64,000 nucleotides of DNA from Patescibacteria group bacterium (GTDB lineage Bacteria; Patescibacteriota; Patescibacteriia; CAIXNZ01), in the NCBI GenBank assembly GCA_041651155.1, contig JBAZJU010000003.1, positions 19,789-83,788 on the forward strand. The letters run 5' to 3'. Below, one piece after another: positions 36,894 to 46,369 of the stretch. The notes beneath the pieces are model-generated. The model ran no database searches and was not told the origin of the DNA. It saw nothing but the letters and a program-made list of their open reading frames with translations. The position numbers and the translations under genes were made by a program. The number at the start of each line of letters is the position of its first letter. Within the stretch, counting starts at the first letter, position 1.

Positions 36894-37523
36894 TTATTTA
36901 GAATAGAATTCAACTACCAGTTTTGGATCAAATTCACCTTTGGCTTCTTCAAGCTTTGGCTTATCTACTACTTTAGCTTCAAGCTTTGAATAATCTAAAA
37001 TAAGCCAGGAAGATGGTTCTGCTTTTTTCAAGGATTCTTTCAGATTGCTAAATATTTTTAAATCCTTGCTTTTATTTTTAATAGTTATAATATCTCCGAT
37101 TTTTAACTGATATGATGGAATATTAACGCTTTTAGAATTAATTAAAAAATGTTTATGCGATATCAGCTGTCTGGCTAAATCGCGCGAAGGCGCAATGCCT
37201 AAACGATAAACAATATTATCAAAACGCATTTCCAGGAGTTCTAATAATACGCCCTCGGTATTACCTTTAGATTTGCTGGCTTTTTGAAAGTAATTTTTAA
37301 ATTGAGTTTCCATTAGATGATAAATTTTTTTCGCTTTTTGTTTTTCCATCAGCTGTTTGCCATAATCTGTCAGTCGTGGATAACCATTGCTGCCATGCGC
37401 TCCTGGAGGAAAATTTCTTTTAACCATGGCGCATTTTGGTGAATTACAACGTTCACCCTTTAAAAAGAGCTTTTGACCTGTGCGTCTGCATTGTTTACAT
37501 TTTGGATTTAAATTTCTTCCCAT
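36894..37523 (-). CDS. rpsD: 30S ribosomal protein S4
   Basis: 209 aa. N-terminal Cys cluster (CKQCRR...C...C) and S4 domain. Confidence 0.9.
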   Translation of the reverse strand: MGRNLNPKCKQCRRTGQKLFLKGERCNSPKCAMVKRNFPPGAHGSNGYPRLTDYGKQLMEKQKAKKIYHLMETQFKNYFQKASKSKGNTEGVLLELLEMRFDNIVYRLGIAPSRDLARQLISHKHFLINSKSVNIPSYQLKIGDIITIKNKSKDLKIFSNLKESLKKAEPSSWLILDYSKLEAKVVDKPKLEEAKGEFDPKLVVEFYSK

Positions 37524-37570
37524 ATATATTTGAATTATGAATGCTGAATACTGAAATCTAAGATTATGAA

Positions 37571-38017
37571 TTAGACGCGTCTTGGTTTGCGGTGGCGGCA
37601 GCCATTATGCGGTATCGGAGTAACATCATTGATTGTTAAAACATTCAAACCATAGGTGTTTAAGGCTCTAACTGCCGCTTCCCTGCCAGTCCCGACTCCT
37701 TTAACATAAACATTTACGTTTTTCAGGCCATAAGCTTTGGCTTTATCTATCGCATTTTTAACAATTACACTTGCCGCATAAGGAGTGGATTTTTTAGGGC
37801 CTTTAAAATTATTCTGGCCAGCGCTTGACCACGATAAAACATTACCATTTAAATCGGTTAGAGTTACTATAGTATTATTGTATGTAGCCTGAATATAAGC
37901 CCGACCATGAGCAATCTGCCGGAGAATTTTGTTTTTCTTCTGTTTACCGGCCTCTGTGGTAGTTTCAGGGCCTGCTGAGATAGGATTTTTTTCAGTTGTT
38001 GTTGCTTCGTTTGCCAT
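37571..38017 (-). CDS. rpsK: 30S ribosomal protein S11
   Basis: Conserved S11 core and C-terminus (TPIPHNGCRHRKPRRV). Confidence 0.9.
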   Translation of the reverse strand: MANEATTTEKNPISAGPETTTEAGKQKKNKILRQIAHGRAYIQATYNNTIVTLTDLNGNVLSWSSAGQNNFKGPKKSTPYAASVIVKNAIDKAKAYGLKNVNVYVKGVGTGREAAVRALNTYGLNVLTINDVTPIPHNGCRHRKPRRV

Positions 38018-38026
38018 ATTTATGTT

Positions 38027-38419
38027 TTATGTTTTTTGAGCAGATACTTTTCTGCCGCTCATTAAGGTTATTCTGACATTTCCTCTGACTGTGCGTGAAT
38101 TAGTCTTTGTTCTTTGGCCTCTGCTAGGCAATCTTTTTTCATGCCGGCTGCCACGATATGATTTAATTTCTTTTAATCTTTTGATGTTTCCCAGGACTTC
38201 TCTTTTTAGATCGCCTTCAATTTTATAATTTTTCTGGATAAATTCTCGTAATTTATTTTCTTCATCAGCGGTTAAATCCTTTGTTCTTTTATTTTTATCA
38301 ATTTTAACCGCAGCTAGAATTTTTTTAGCTGTTGTATTTCCTAAGCCATAAATATAGGTTAAGGAGATTTCTATTCTTTTTTCCTGAGGTATGGTGACAC
38401 CTCCAATACGGATCGGCAT
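38027..38419 (-). CDS. rpsM: 30S ribosomal protein S13
   Basis: [27 protein letters not shown] is a canonical S13 N-terminus. Confidence 0.9.
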   Translation of the reverse strand: MPIRIGGVTIPQEKRIEISLTYIYGLGNTTAKKILAAVKIDKNKRTKDLTADEENKLREFIQKNYKIEGDLKREVLGNIKRLKEIKSYRGSRHEKRLPSRGQRTKTNSRTVRGNVRITLMSGRKVSAQKT

Positions 38420-38451
38420 ATTGCAATAATTTAAAATTAAAAATTACAAGG

Positions 38452-38565
38452 TTAGCCTTGTCTTTGCTTATGTTTAGCAATTTTGCAAATTACCCAGACT
38501 CTTTTTTTGCGTCTGATCACTTTGCAGTCTTTGCAGATTTTTTTTACTGATGTTCTGACTTTCAT
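38452..38565 (-). CDS. rpmJ: 50S ribosomal protein L36
   Basis: Hand translation gives [37 protein letters not shown], the L36 zinc-ribbon signature. Below the ORF-track size cutoff. Sits in the expected infA-rpmJ-rpsM slot. Confidence 0.8.
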   Translation of the reverse strand: MKVRTSVKKICKDCKVIRRKKRVWVICKIAKHKQRQG

Positions 38566-38617
38566 GGACTAAAAAAATTAAATACAACTATTTAATTACA
38601 TGCTACTTAATTTTTAG

Positions 38618-38860
38618 TTAAAATCTGTAAGTGATACGGCCTTTTGATAAATCATAAGGCGTTAATTCCACTCTAACCTCATCGCCAGGCGATAATCTGA
38701 TTTTATTCATTCTCATTTTGCCAGACAGAAATCCTAGAATTTCTTGTCCGTTTTCCAGCTTAATTTTAAAGCTGCCCGCTGGTAAAAGCTCTAAAATTCT
38801 GCCTTTCATTTCAATAAAATCCTTGCCAGGTTTGGGGGAATTATTGTCGTTTGCTACCAT
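38618..38860 (-). CDS. infA: Translation initiation factor IF-1
   Basis: 80 aa with an S1-like fold ([43 protein letters not shown]). Confidence 0.9.
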   Translation of the reverse strand: MVANDNNSPKPGKDFIEMKGRILELLPAGSFKIKLENGQEILGFLSGKMRMNKIRLSPGDEVRVELTPYDLSKGRITYRF

Positions 38861-39060
38861 AGTTTAGGTGGTATTTTTTTTATTTTAAACATTAACTAAA
38901 AAATAGATTCATTGCAAGAATCTTAGATATGCAAAAAATCAATAATCTTATGACTAATTATATTAGCTTAAATTAGTGATAAATTAATTATATAGGATTT
39001 AAAATAAATGTCAAGTTTTTAATAATGCGAATCTGCGAAAAACTTAGAATTTACGAATTT

Positions 39061-40929
39061 TTATTCAAGTACGGCTTTAATTCGTCGGATGCCGGCACTT
39101 GATGATTCTTCTTTTTTTATCTTAAATCTACCCAATTCCCCAGTATTTTTTGCATGGGGTCCGCCACAGATTTCTTTGCTAAAATTACCGATTGAATAGA
39201 CTTTAACCTTATCTCCATATTTATGCTCAAAAACACCCATGGCGCCTTGTTTTTTAGCTTCTTCAATAGTCATTTCGTCACTAGCTACAGGTATTTTTTG
39301 GGCTATTTGCTCATTAACTAAATCCTCAACTTCCTTGAGCTGTTCAGGTGTCATTTTCTTATCATAATTAAAGTCAAAACGAAGTCTTTCAGCCGTGATA
39401 TTACTTCCCTTTTGGAGCACTTGCAGACCCAAAACCTGCCTTAAAGCCGCCAGCATTAAATGGGCAGCAGTATGTAATTTAGTAGTCTGTTCAGAGGTAT
39501 CTGCTAAGCCGCCTTTAAACTTGCCTGCTGAAGCAGTGCGGGAAAGCTCCTGGTGTTTTTTAAGTTGGTCATTAAATTTTTTTCGTAACAATTCTTCATC
39601 AATTTTTATGCCACTATTTTTAGCTTCTTCAATGGTCATTTCTAATGGGAAACCATAAGATTGAAAAAGGTCAAAAGCATCTCCATTGTAAAGTCTTTGT
39701 GCAACTTCATCTTCAAGAGATATAAATTCTCCATTTTTTTGTTTTTTTCGAGCTATGGCTGTAAATTTATCCAAACCAAGTTCTAGGGTCTTTTGAAATT
39801 TTTCTTCTTCTTGAACTAATTGGTTTATTATAAATTCCTTATTTTCTTTAACTTCAGGATAAATATCTTTATACATATCAATCACGACTTCCGAGATTTT
39901 AAATGTAAAAGTTGTATTAATTCCTAATTGTTTGCCATAGCGGACTGCACGACGAATCAAACGTCGAATTATGTAACCCTGGCCAACATTTGATGGACTA
40001 ATGCTTTTGTTATCACCCATTATCATTGTGGCTGCTTTAATATGATCAGCAATTATTCTAAATGCTCTTTCATTATCTTGATATTTTTTATTGCTCAATT
40101 CTTCAATCTTTTTTAATAAAGGTAAAAAAAGTTCAGTCTGAAAAACATTTTCATATCCATTTAAAACCGTAATTGTTCTTTCCACGCCCATGCCAGTATC
40201 AACATTCTGTTGTTTTAATTTTTCATATTTTCCGTCAGCTGTCAGATTAAATTCCATAAAAACATCATTCCAGATTTCAATTAAACGGCCGGTTTTAACT
40301 AAATTGCTAAATTTATCATCTAGGGCGCCTGCTTGCGGATTAGTATCATAAAACATTTCAGTATCTGCGCCACAGGGTCCGGTTGCGCCTGCGATCCAAA
40401 AATTATCTTCTTTGCCCAAGGGAATTATTCTAGTGGTATCATCAACATGTTCATTTTTAGCAATTTCATGGGTAATCTTTTCTTTTTTAAAAATATTTTC
40501 CCAGACTTTTAAAGATTCATCGTCTTTAGGAATGCCTTCTTCACCTTTAAAAACCGTAATAAAGATTCTTTGAGGATCTAAACCCAGCCATTTTGGATCA
40601 GTTAAAAATTCCCAAGACCACTGGATGGCTTCTTTTTTAAAATAATCGCCAAATGACCAATTGCCCATCATTTCAAAAAAAGTTAAGTGGCGATTGTCAC
40701 CAACTTCTTCTATATCAGAAGTACGAATACATTTCTGGACATTAGTTACTTTTTTTCCGCCTGGATGAGTTTCACCCATTAAATATGGCACCAAAGGATG
40801 CATGCCAGCAGTGGTAAATAAGACGGTTGGGTCGTTTTCCGGAATTAAAGAAGCGCTGGGTATGACCTTATGCCCTTTGGAAACAAAAAAATCAAGATAT
40901 TTTTGTCTTAATTCTTTAGCAGTTAACAT
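39061..40929 (-). CDS. alaS: Alanyl-tRNA synthetase, short form (catalytic + tRNA-recognition + editing core, no C-Ala domain); apparently leaderless
   Basis: 622 aa. N-terminal AlaRS class II motifs (FTTAGMHPLVPY). Editing-domain HTAAHLMLAALRQVLG...CGGPH. Minus-strand TTGTCA-17-TATAAT sits 6 nt before the ATG and there is no SD. Confidence 0.8.
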   Translation of the reverse strand: MLTAKELRQKYLDFFVSKGHKVIPSASLIPENDPTVLFTTAGMHPLVPYLMGETHPGGKKVTNVQKCIRTSDIEEVGDNRHLTFFEMMGNWSFGDYFKKEAIQWSWEFLTDPKWLGLDPQRIFITVFKGEEGIPKDDESLKVWENIFKKEKITHEIAKNEHVDDTTRIIPLGKEDNFWIAGATGPCGADTEMFYDTNPQAGALDDKFSNLVKTGRLIEIWNDVFMEFNLTADGKYEKLKQQNVDTGMGVERTITVLNGYENVFQTELFLPLLKKIEELSNKKYQDNERAFRIIADHIKAATMIMGDNKSISPSNVGQGYIIRRLIRRAVRYGKQLGINTTFTFKISEVVIDMYKDIYPEVKENKEFIINQLVQEEEKFQKTLELGLDKFTAIARKKQKNGEFISLEDEVAQRLYNGDAFDLFQSYGFPLEMTIEEAKNSGIKIDEELLRKKFNDQLKKHQELSRTASAGKFKGGLADTSEQTTKLHTAAHLMLAALRQVLGLQVLQKGSNITAERLRFDFNYDKKMTPEQLKEVEDLVNEQIAQKIPVASDEMTIEEAKKQGAMGVFEHKYGDKVKVYSIGNFSKEICGGPHAKNTGELGRFKIKKEESSSAGIRRIKAVLE

Positions 40930-41045
40930 ATGGATATTATATTAAAATAAGCTGGTTTTGACAAGTTTATCTTCTATTGACAGAAATTAAGATTTACGTT
41001 AATTTAAGATAATCATTGGTCTTTAAATCTAGAAAGGAGGATGAC

Positions 41046-41960
41046 ATGGAAAATCCAGCATCTTTGGCACAAAAATATGGCCAGGTAATCATGGGCTTTT
41101 TAACTCAAGCGGTCATAAAACGCGAAGAGTTAAAATCTAAAAAGCCTAAAAATAAGGGAAATCTAATTGTCCCAGCAGGTTTTGAACCAATAATTGGGAA
41201 GATTCAGAGCGCCTTTGGCGGCCTGGGTATATCAGATACATTGAGTGAAGAAAAAAACGCGCCTATAATTTCCGCTAAGTCACTTGCTGAACAGATGAGA
41301 GAATATCTTCATAAATTTCAGATTGAATTTAATTTTGAAATTTATGAGAATGTCTTAAGGGATTTTTTCAACTTAGGGATTTTAATACCTGAGCAAAATC
41401 ACTGGCGTGTAAATACTGAATTTTTTACTCACAAAGCAACTGAGCAATCCTGTATTTCACTGCGTCAAGCCTTAGAAACCAGAATGAAGGGTTTTTTGAA
41501 CAACCATCTTGTTCGGGAAATTATGTTGGCTTTATGCCAATTGGCTGGTTTAACAGCTGAAGAATTAGCATCCATTCCTCTCCATCTGAGGAGATCTGCG
41601 TTTTTCAGGAATATTGGAAGAGGAATGTTGCTTTGGAAGGTTAGATCAAAAGGTATCACCTACGATCCTTTTATGAGGACAATGGATAAATTGGTTAGGC
41701 AGGATATTTTGATTGAAGGTTGTGATGATACCAACACTGAAATCGTCATGATTAATCCTAGCCTTAAGCCTTTTTCCATAATTGTGGAAATTATTAATAG
41801 CCTGGTATTTGCTGAAAAAGCCACAAATGTCGTGGAAATTGAAGTCTCCAATGGCGCCATTACCCCATTTAGCAGCATGGTTAATATGGGTAATCTGGGT
41901 AAGGATCCAAGAGATATTTATCTTTTTTCAGGCTTTGAATTCAATTTACAAGGCCTCTAA
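41046..41960 (+). CDS. Hypothetical protein
   Basis: ORF with RBS AAAGGAGG before the ATG at 41046 (track start 41016 lacks an RBS). No family recognised. Confidence 0.4.
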   Translation: MENPASLAQKYGQVIMGFLTQAVIKREELKSKKPKNKGNLIVPAGFEPIIGKIQSAFGGLGISDTLSEEKNAPIISAKSLAEQMREYLHKFQIEFNFEIYENVLRDFFNLGILIPEQNHWRVNTEFFTHKATEQSCISLRQALETRMKGFLNNHLVREIMLALCQLAGLTAEELASIPLHLRRSAFFRNIGRGMLLWKVRSKGITYDPFMRTMDKLVRQDILIEGCDDTNTEIVMINPSLKPFSIIVEIINSLVFAEKATNVVEIEVSNGAITPFSSMVNMGNLGKDPRDIYLFSGFEFNLQGL

Positions 41961-42056
41961 AATGAAATAAGTCCCGCAACACGGGACTTTTATTTTTAGC
42001 AAAATTAAAGCTCCAGACCGCGTTGCAGTGTGGAGCTTTGTTTTTTCTGGCAGAGA

Positions 42057-42740
42057 TTAATCAATAGGGACTCTCGCTAGCACCCAAACTGTTTTGGCAT
42101 GCTTATTGGGAGACGCCCACGTTTCTCTTTTGAATCCTTTAAGATCCTTTTCTTTTCTTTCAAGAAAGTTAGCCAGGTTTTTTTTGGCATCGGCTTTGGC
42201 TGCTTGAAGCGCTTTATGCCTATCATCTTTCTTCTCAGCAAAACCCATGGCATAAAGATAACGATGGCCATTGCATTCGCTGATCAGGATAATAGCCGTA
42301 TACTGGCCATCTTCTGATTGCAGTTGCTTGGCCACGTTTTCAAAAGGCAGAGGTTCTGCCGGAACTTTGGCAACGACGTAAATCGTTTTGCCATTTTGAT
42401 ATGGGCGAGGTTCATTGCTTATTGGATAAACCTCTTTGCCAAAATAATATTCCAGCTTTTTATGCGCGTCGAACTGGGCCGCGCATATTCCATAAGCATG
42501 ATCGATAAATTCAGGGGGGCAAATTTTTCTGGGAATGTCTGGGTTGCGTTTTGGGCTTTCAGTTGCTTCTCCCAGAGCGAAAACGTAGTTTTGATTTTCC
42601 CTTGTGCCCTGCCAAATGATAGGCACTAAAGTTTTTGCCCCAATTGTGACCATGAACATTTCCTGGGGCTGGTCGCTTAGATCAGTGGCTGATACCAAGC
42701 TGGTAAGTAAAAGAACGGTCAGAAATATCATCTTTTTCAC
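42057..42740 (-). CDS. Secreted hypothetical protein
   Basis: Signal peptide MKKMIFLTVLLLTSLVSA. Shares a YAxGFA motif with the neighbouring secreted protein. Confidence 0.4.
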   Translation of the reverse strand: MKKMIFLTVLLLTSLVSATDLSDQPQEMFMVTIGAKTLVPIIWQGTRENQNYVFALGEATESPKRNPDIPRKICPPEFIDHAYGICAAQFDAHKKLEYYFGKEVYPISNEPRPYQNGKTIYVVAKVPAEPLPFENVAKQLQSEDGQYTAIILISECNGHRYLYAMGFAEKKDDRHKALQAAKADAKKNLANFLERKEKDLKGFKRETWASPNKHAKTVWVLARVPID

Positions 42741-42872
42741 GGAATATCCTCCATTTGGTTAAATTTTAGGGTATAGAAGATTATAGCATGGATTGTTAGT
42801 TTTGTCAATAATTTTAGGTCAAAATTAAAGCCCCGAGTTTTGCTCGAGGCTTTTATTTACTTTGTTAGCTAT

Positions 42873-43760
42873 TTACTTGAACTGGTTTACAGCCGCATTT
42901 ACGTTCGCAAGTGGAACGGAAATCAGCACAAAAACAGACGCGGGATCCATTATTCTATGAGGGTTTTCTCTCATTGAAGCATCTGAAAATAAATTTGTTC
43001 TGATGTTTGCCTCAATTTTTAAAATGTAGTCTCCCTTTTTATTCTTTGCCTGGCAATAAATGCCGTTTATAGCACCTGCCATGTTTCTTAAGGCATAGCC
43101 GCGAGCAGCAGTTTCCCCGCTTGCCCAGTAAGCTTCTCCCTGAAATTTTGGATTTGGGAAAGCAAAGCCAATAGCGTAAAGGGTATCTCCAACCCGAAAC
43201 ACATTGGCAATATAATCCTTTTGTTTAGGCTCTACATTCGGCAGCGGATGATAAAGCGTCCACCAATCTTTGGGAACTGCTTTATGATTTTCATAGTGCT
43301 CAATGTTTATTGCGTCAGCTGCTTCTATGGCCTGTGCTTCGCTTATGGTTTGTTCCGGTCTTGTCACAGGATCGGCAGCATAAGTTGGAAGCGGCGGTGG
43401 CGGTGGAGCCGGTGGTAAAGCCAGTGCCTGGCCCGAAGGATTGCTTGCCCTTAAACAAGCTCCCAAGACCCAAAGCTGTTGACCATCATGCCAGGTTTCA
43501 ATAACCTGGAAATCTTTGACTTCAGCCACTTTAAGATGGGTTCTCAAAAGCTGAATTGATTGGGTAGTCGCTTCCATCAACGCATTGATGTAGGCTTCGT
43601 CACTTTTTTTGACCATGACGGCTGTGCCCACAGACCAAACAATGTCATCGCCCCACACTGTTTTTTGCAGCCAGGACGGCGCTTTTGTTTCTTCCTGCGC
43701 TAAGGCAAAAAGCGCCAACATTGAAATTATCAAACAACCCAAAATCACTATTTTTTTCAT
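42873..43760 (-). CDS. Secreted hypothetical protein with poly-proline linker (PPAPPPPPLP)
   Basis: Start set at MKKIVILGCLIISMLALFALA (43760), preceded by AAAGGAGG. Signal peptide. Proline-rich linker. YAIGFAFPN motif. Confidence 0.4.
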   Translation of the reverse strand: MKKIVILGCLIISMLALFALAQEETKAPSWLQKTVWGDDIVWSVGTAVMVKKSDEAYINALMEATTQSIQLLRTHLKVAEVKDFQVIETWHDGQQLWVLGACLRASNPSGQALALPPAPPPPPLPTYAADPVTRPEQTISEAQAIEAADAINIEHYENHKAVPKDWWTLYHPLPNVEPKQKDYIANVFRVGDTLYAIGFAFPNPKFQGEAYWASGETAARGYALRNMAGAINGIYCQAKNKKGDYILKIEANIRTNLFSDASMRENPHRIMDPASVFVLISVPLANVNAAVNQFK

Positions 43761-43820
43761 GGAATATTTTCCTCCTTTATTAGTTTTCCATGTTTTTTCA
43801 ACTAAAAAATGGTATCTTAG

Positions 43821-43849
43821 ACTATAACATACCATTTGAGTTCTGTCAA
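43821..43849 (-). promoter_or_regulatory. Consensus sigma70-type promoter on the minus strand (TTGACA-17-TATAGT) for the 42873-43760 gene
   Basis: rc of 43844-43849 is TTGACA. rc of 43821-43826 is TATAGT. Exact 17-nt spacer. Confidence 0.5.
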
Positions 43850-43850
43850 G

Positions 43851-45023
43851 CTATTTAGTATCTTTTAAGGTTAATATTGGATAAAGACCAATTAGTAAAA
43901 TCAGGCCTAAAAGGATAAATAAATAATTGAATTGAGAAAAATATGTAAGGATAACAGCCATAATTGGCGCTACTAAATACGCCAATGGGATTGTAGATCT
44001 AAAGGAATTAATTATATCAATATTTTCAACATCAACTTTTTTGAAAAAATAGGTTTCTCTCATGATTTCTACTATGCTAGCGCCTGTTCTGCCTAAAAAT
44101 AAAATTATGCCCCAAAAAATCAAACTCACTCCAGTAAAATATCCCATTATAATAGAAGAGATAGCCATTAAAATCATGCCAATAATTAGCATTTCTTTCT
44201 CACCCCAATATTTGTCAGCTAAATACCCGGCAGGATATTCAAATACCACGAATGGGATTAGCATAAAAGTGAAAATAATGCCGATTTGTTCCCAGTTTAA
44301 GCCAATATTTTGATTTAAATAAATCGGTCCATAAACAACTTCTACTGCATAAAAAAGCTGAATTAAAAAGGAAACATAAAAAATTTTACGAAAATCTTTG
44401 TTTTTTAAGATTTGGGTTAAGGTGTTATATAGTTTGAATTGTTTTTTAGCATAATGATTGCCAAAATCTTTAAAACGTAAATAAACAATGATAAGCAGTA
44501 CTAGGTTGAGGATTAAACATATATAAAAAAGAGGGATAAAATTAAAATAATGTAAAATTTCGCCGGCTATAAATGGTGAGACAAGCCAACCCAAATTGTA
44601 AATAGTAAAATAGGTTCCTCTGGTTATGCCAGTTGTTGAATTTTTGGTAATAGCTTCTAAGAAAATATCCAAATTTATAAAAGTTAATATTAGCGAAACT
44701 ATAAAAAAAATAAAAGCTAAGCCGATTAAAAGCGGGCTGGCATCAATGATAAAAATAATAAAACAAAATATACGGAGGATAATGCTGACGATTGCGGTTT
44801 TAAAATTACTATATTTAGCAATAAGATTTGGATATAAATTGGTAATAATAAAAGTAATTAAATAAGCAATGAAAAAAATCAAGCCAACAAGTGCCAAACT
44901 TAGATATTGGTTTAAATAAGTTGATTGCGTATAGGCGAATAAAGCATCGCTGACAGCAAAAATAAAAATAGCCAGATATAATAATCTGAATTTATGATTT
45001 GTTCCTATGGTTCGTAATGTCAT
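43851..45023 (-). CDS. MFS-type transporter
   Basis: 390 aa with about 12 predicted TM helices in two 6-helix halves and a basic loop. Confidence 0.5.
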   Translation of the reverse strand: MTLRTIGTNHKFRLLYLAIFIFAVSDALFAYTQSTYLNQYLSLALVGLIFFIAYLITFIITNLYPNLIAKYSNFKTAIVSIILRIFCFIIFIIDASPLLIGLAFIFFIVSLILTFINLDIFLEAITKNSTTGITRGTYFTIYNLGWLVSPFIAGEILHYFNFIPLFYICLILNLVLLIIVYLRFKDFGNHYAKKQFKLYNTLTQILKNKDFRKIFYVSFLIQLFYAVEVVYGPIYLNQNIGLNWEQIGIIFTFMLIPFVVFEYPAGYLADKYWGEKEMLIIGMILMAISSIIMGYFTGVSLIFWGIILFLGRTGASIVEIMRETYFFKKVDVENIDIINSFRSTIPLAYLVAPIMAVILTYFSQFNYLFILLGLILLIGLYPILTLKDTK

Positions 45024-45050
45024 GTAAAATGATTAAAATTTGTTAATAAT

Positions 45051-45092
45051 CCTACAAAACTACAAATCTATATACAAAAGTTACAAAAAGTA
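45051..45092. repeat. A-tract/TACAAA periodic element CCTACAAAACTACAAATCTATATACAAAAGTTACAAAAAGTA; near-identical copy at 54041-54082
   Basis: About 38 of 42 nt identical between the two copies. Both lie just upstream of minus-strand promoters (UP-element-like position). Confidence 0.4.
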
Positions 45093-45145
45093 ATTTGTGA
45101 ATTGAGTTATTTTACTAACCCCGAAATTTTTGTATAATTTGTAGA

Positions 45146-46243
45146 TTATTCGTAATTTCGTAGGGTTTTAATAATTATGCCTCCTCCAAGCACTTCCCCA
45201 TTTTTATAAAAAACAGCTGACTGTCCAGGTGTGATCGCTCTTTGTTTTTTTATAAATTTAACTTGATAAATTTTATTATTAACCTTGGTAAGAATGCCTT
45301 TTTCATTTTTATGCCTATAGCGAATCCTAACTTCTAATTTGGCAGGCAATTTTATTTTTTGCAGCCAATTAACTTCTGTTAAATACATTATATCATTAAA
45401 TAAGGCTGGATGTGTATTTTCTTTGGCAACCACAACTTGATTTTTGGTAAAATTTAAATCAACCACATACCATGGTCCGCCATTTAAATCCAAACCTTTG
45501 CGCTGGCCAATGGTATATAAAGCAATGCCTTGATGTTTACCTATTTTTTTGCCTTCAGTGTTAATAATAGCTCCGGATTTTAATTTTAAGTAGCGCTTCA
45601 AAAATTCCTCTGGAGTTTTTTCAGGGATAAAACAAATTTCCTGGGAATCTCGTTTGGCAAAAACAAGTAGATTTAATTTTTGAGCGATTTTTCTAATTTG
45701 CTCTTTTTTGTACTGGCCAACTGGAAAAAGACAATGTCTTAAAATCTCTGGAGTTAAACGATATAAAAAATATGACTGGTCTTTGACTTTATCCTTGCCT
45801 TCCAGTAGATGAAATCCTTTTTTGTCTTTTTTGACCTGGGCATAATGACCTGTTGAAATAAAATCACAACCCAATGCCTTAGCTTTTTCCCAGAATAAAC
45901 CAAATTTAATAAACTGATTGCAGCGCACGCAAGGATTTGGGGTTAATCCCCTCTTATACTGGTCCAAAAAATCAGTGACAATATATTTTTTAAAATCTTG
46001 ATCTAAATTAAAAGTGTAAAGCGGAATTTTTAATTTTTCAGCCACTAATCGCGCATCTACCTTGGCATCAACTGAACAGCATTTATTGGCAATGGTTTGT
46101 TTTTCAGCATAATGAGGGTCAGACCAAAAATGCATAAAAATACCAATGACATCATAGCCTTGTTTTTTTAATAAAGCGGCGGCAACTGAGGAATCAACAC
46201 CGCCAGACATGCCGACAGCGACTTTTAATTTATGTTTTGTCAT
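45146..46243 (-). CDS. mnmA: tRNA-specific 2-thiouridylase MnmA
   Basis: N-terminal PP-loop VAVGMSGGVDSSVAA. Conserved Cys residues. Length 365 aa. Confidence 0.85.
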   Translation of the reverse strand: MTKHKLKVAVGMSGGVDSSVAAALLKKQGYDVIGIFMHFWSDPHYAEKQTIANKCCSVDAKVDARLVAEKLKIPLYTFNLDQDFKKYIVTDFLDQYKRGLTPNPCVRCNQFIKFGLFWEKAKALGCDFISTGHYAQVKKDKKGFHLLEGKDKVKDQSYFLYRLTPEILRHCLFPVGQYKKEQIRKIAQKLNLLVFAKRDSQEICFIPEKTPEEFLKRYLKLKSGAIINTEGKKIGKHQGIALYTIGQRKGLDLNGGPWYVVDLNFTKNQVVVAKENTHPALFNDIMYLTEVNWLQKIKLPAKLEVRIRYRHKNEKGILTKVNNKIYQVKFIKKQRAITPGQSAVFYKNGEVLGGGIIIKTLRNYE

Positions 46244-46369
46244 ATATTAATTTTATCGGTTTTGTGACTATTTGGCAAAATTTTTAAATAGATTTTTAGA
46301 TTATAGCGTTATAGATTATAGTTTTTTCTAAAGAAAAAACCGCTGGGCGAACCATGCGGTTTTAGATTT

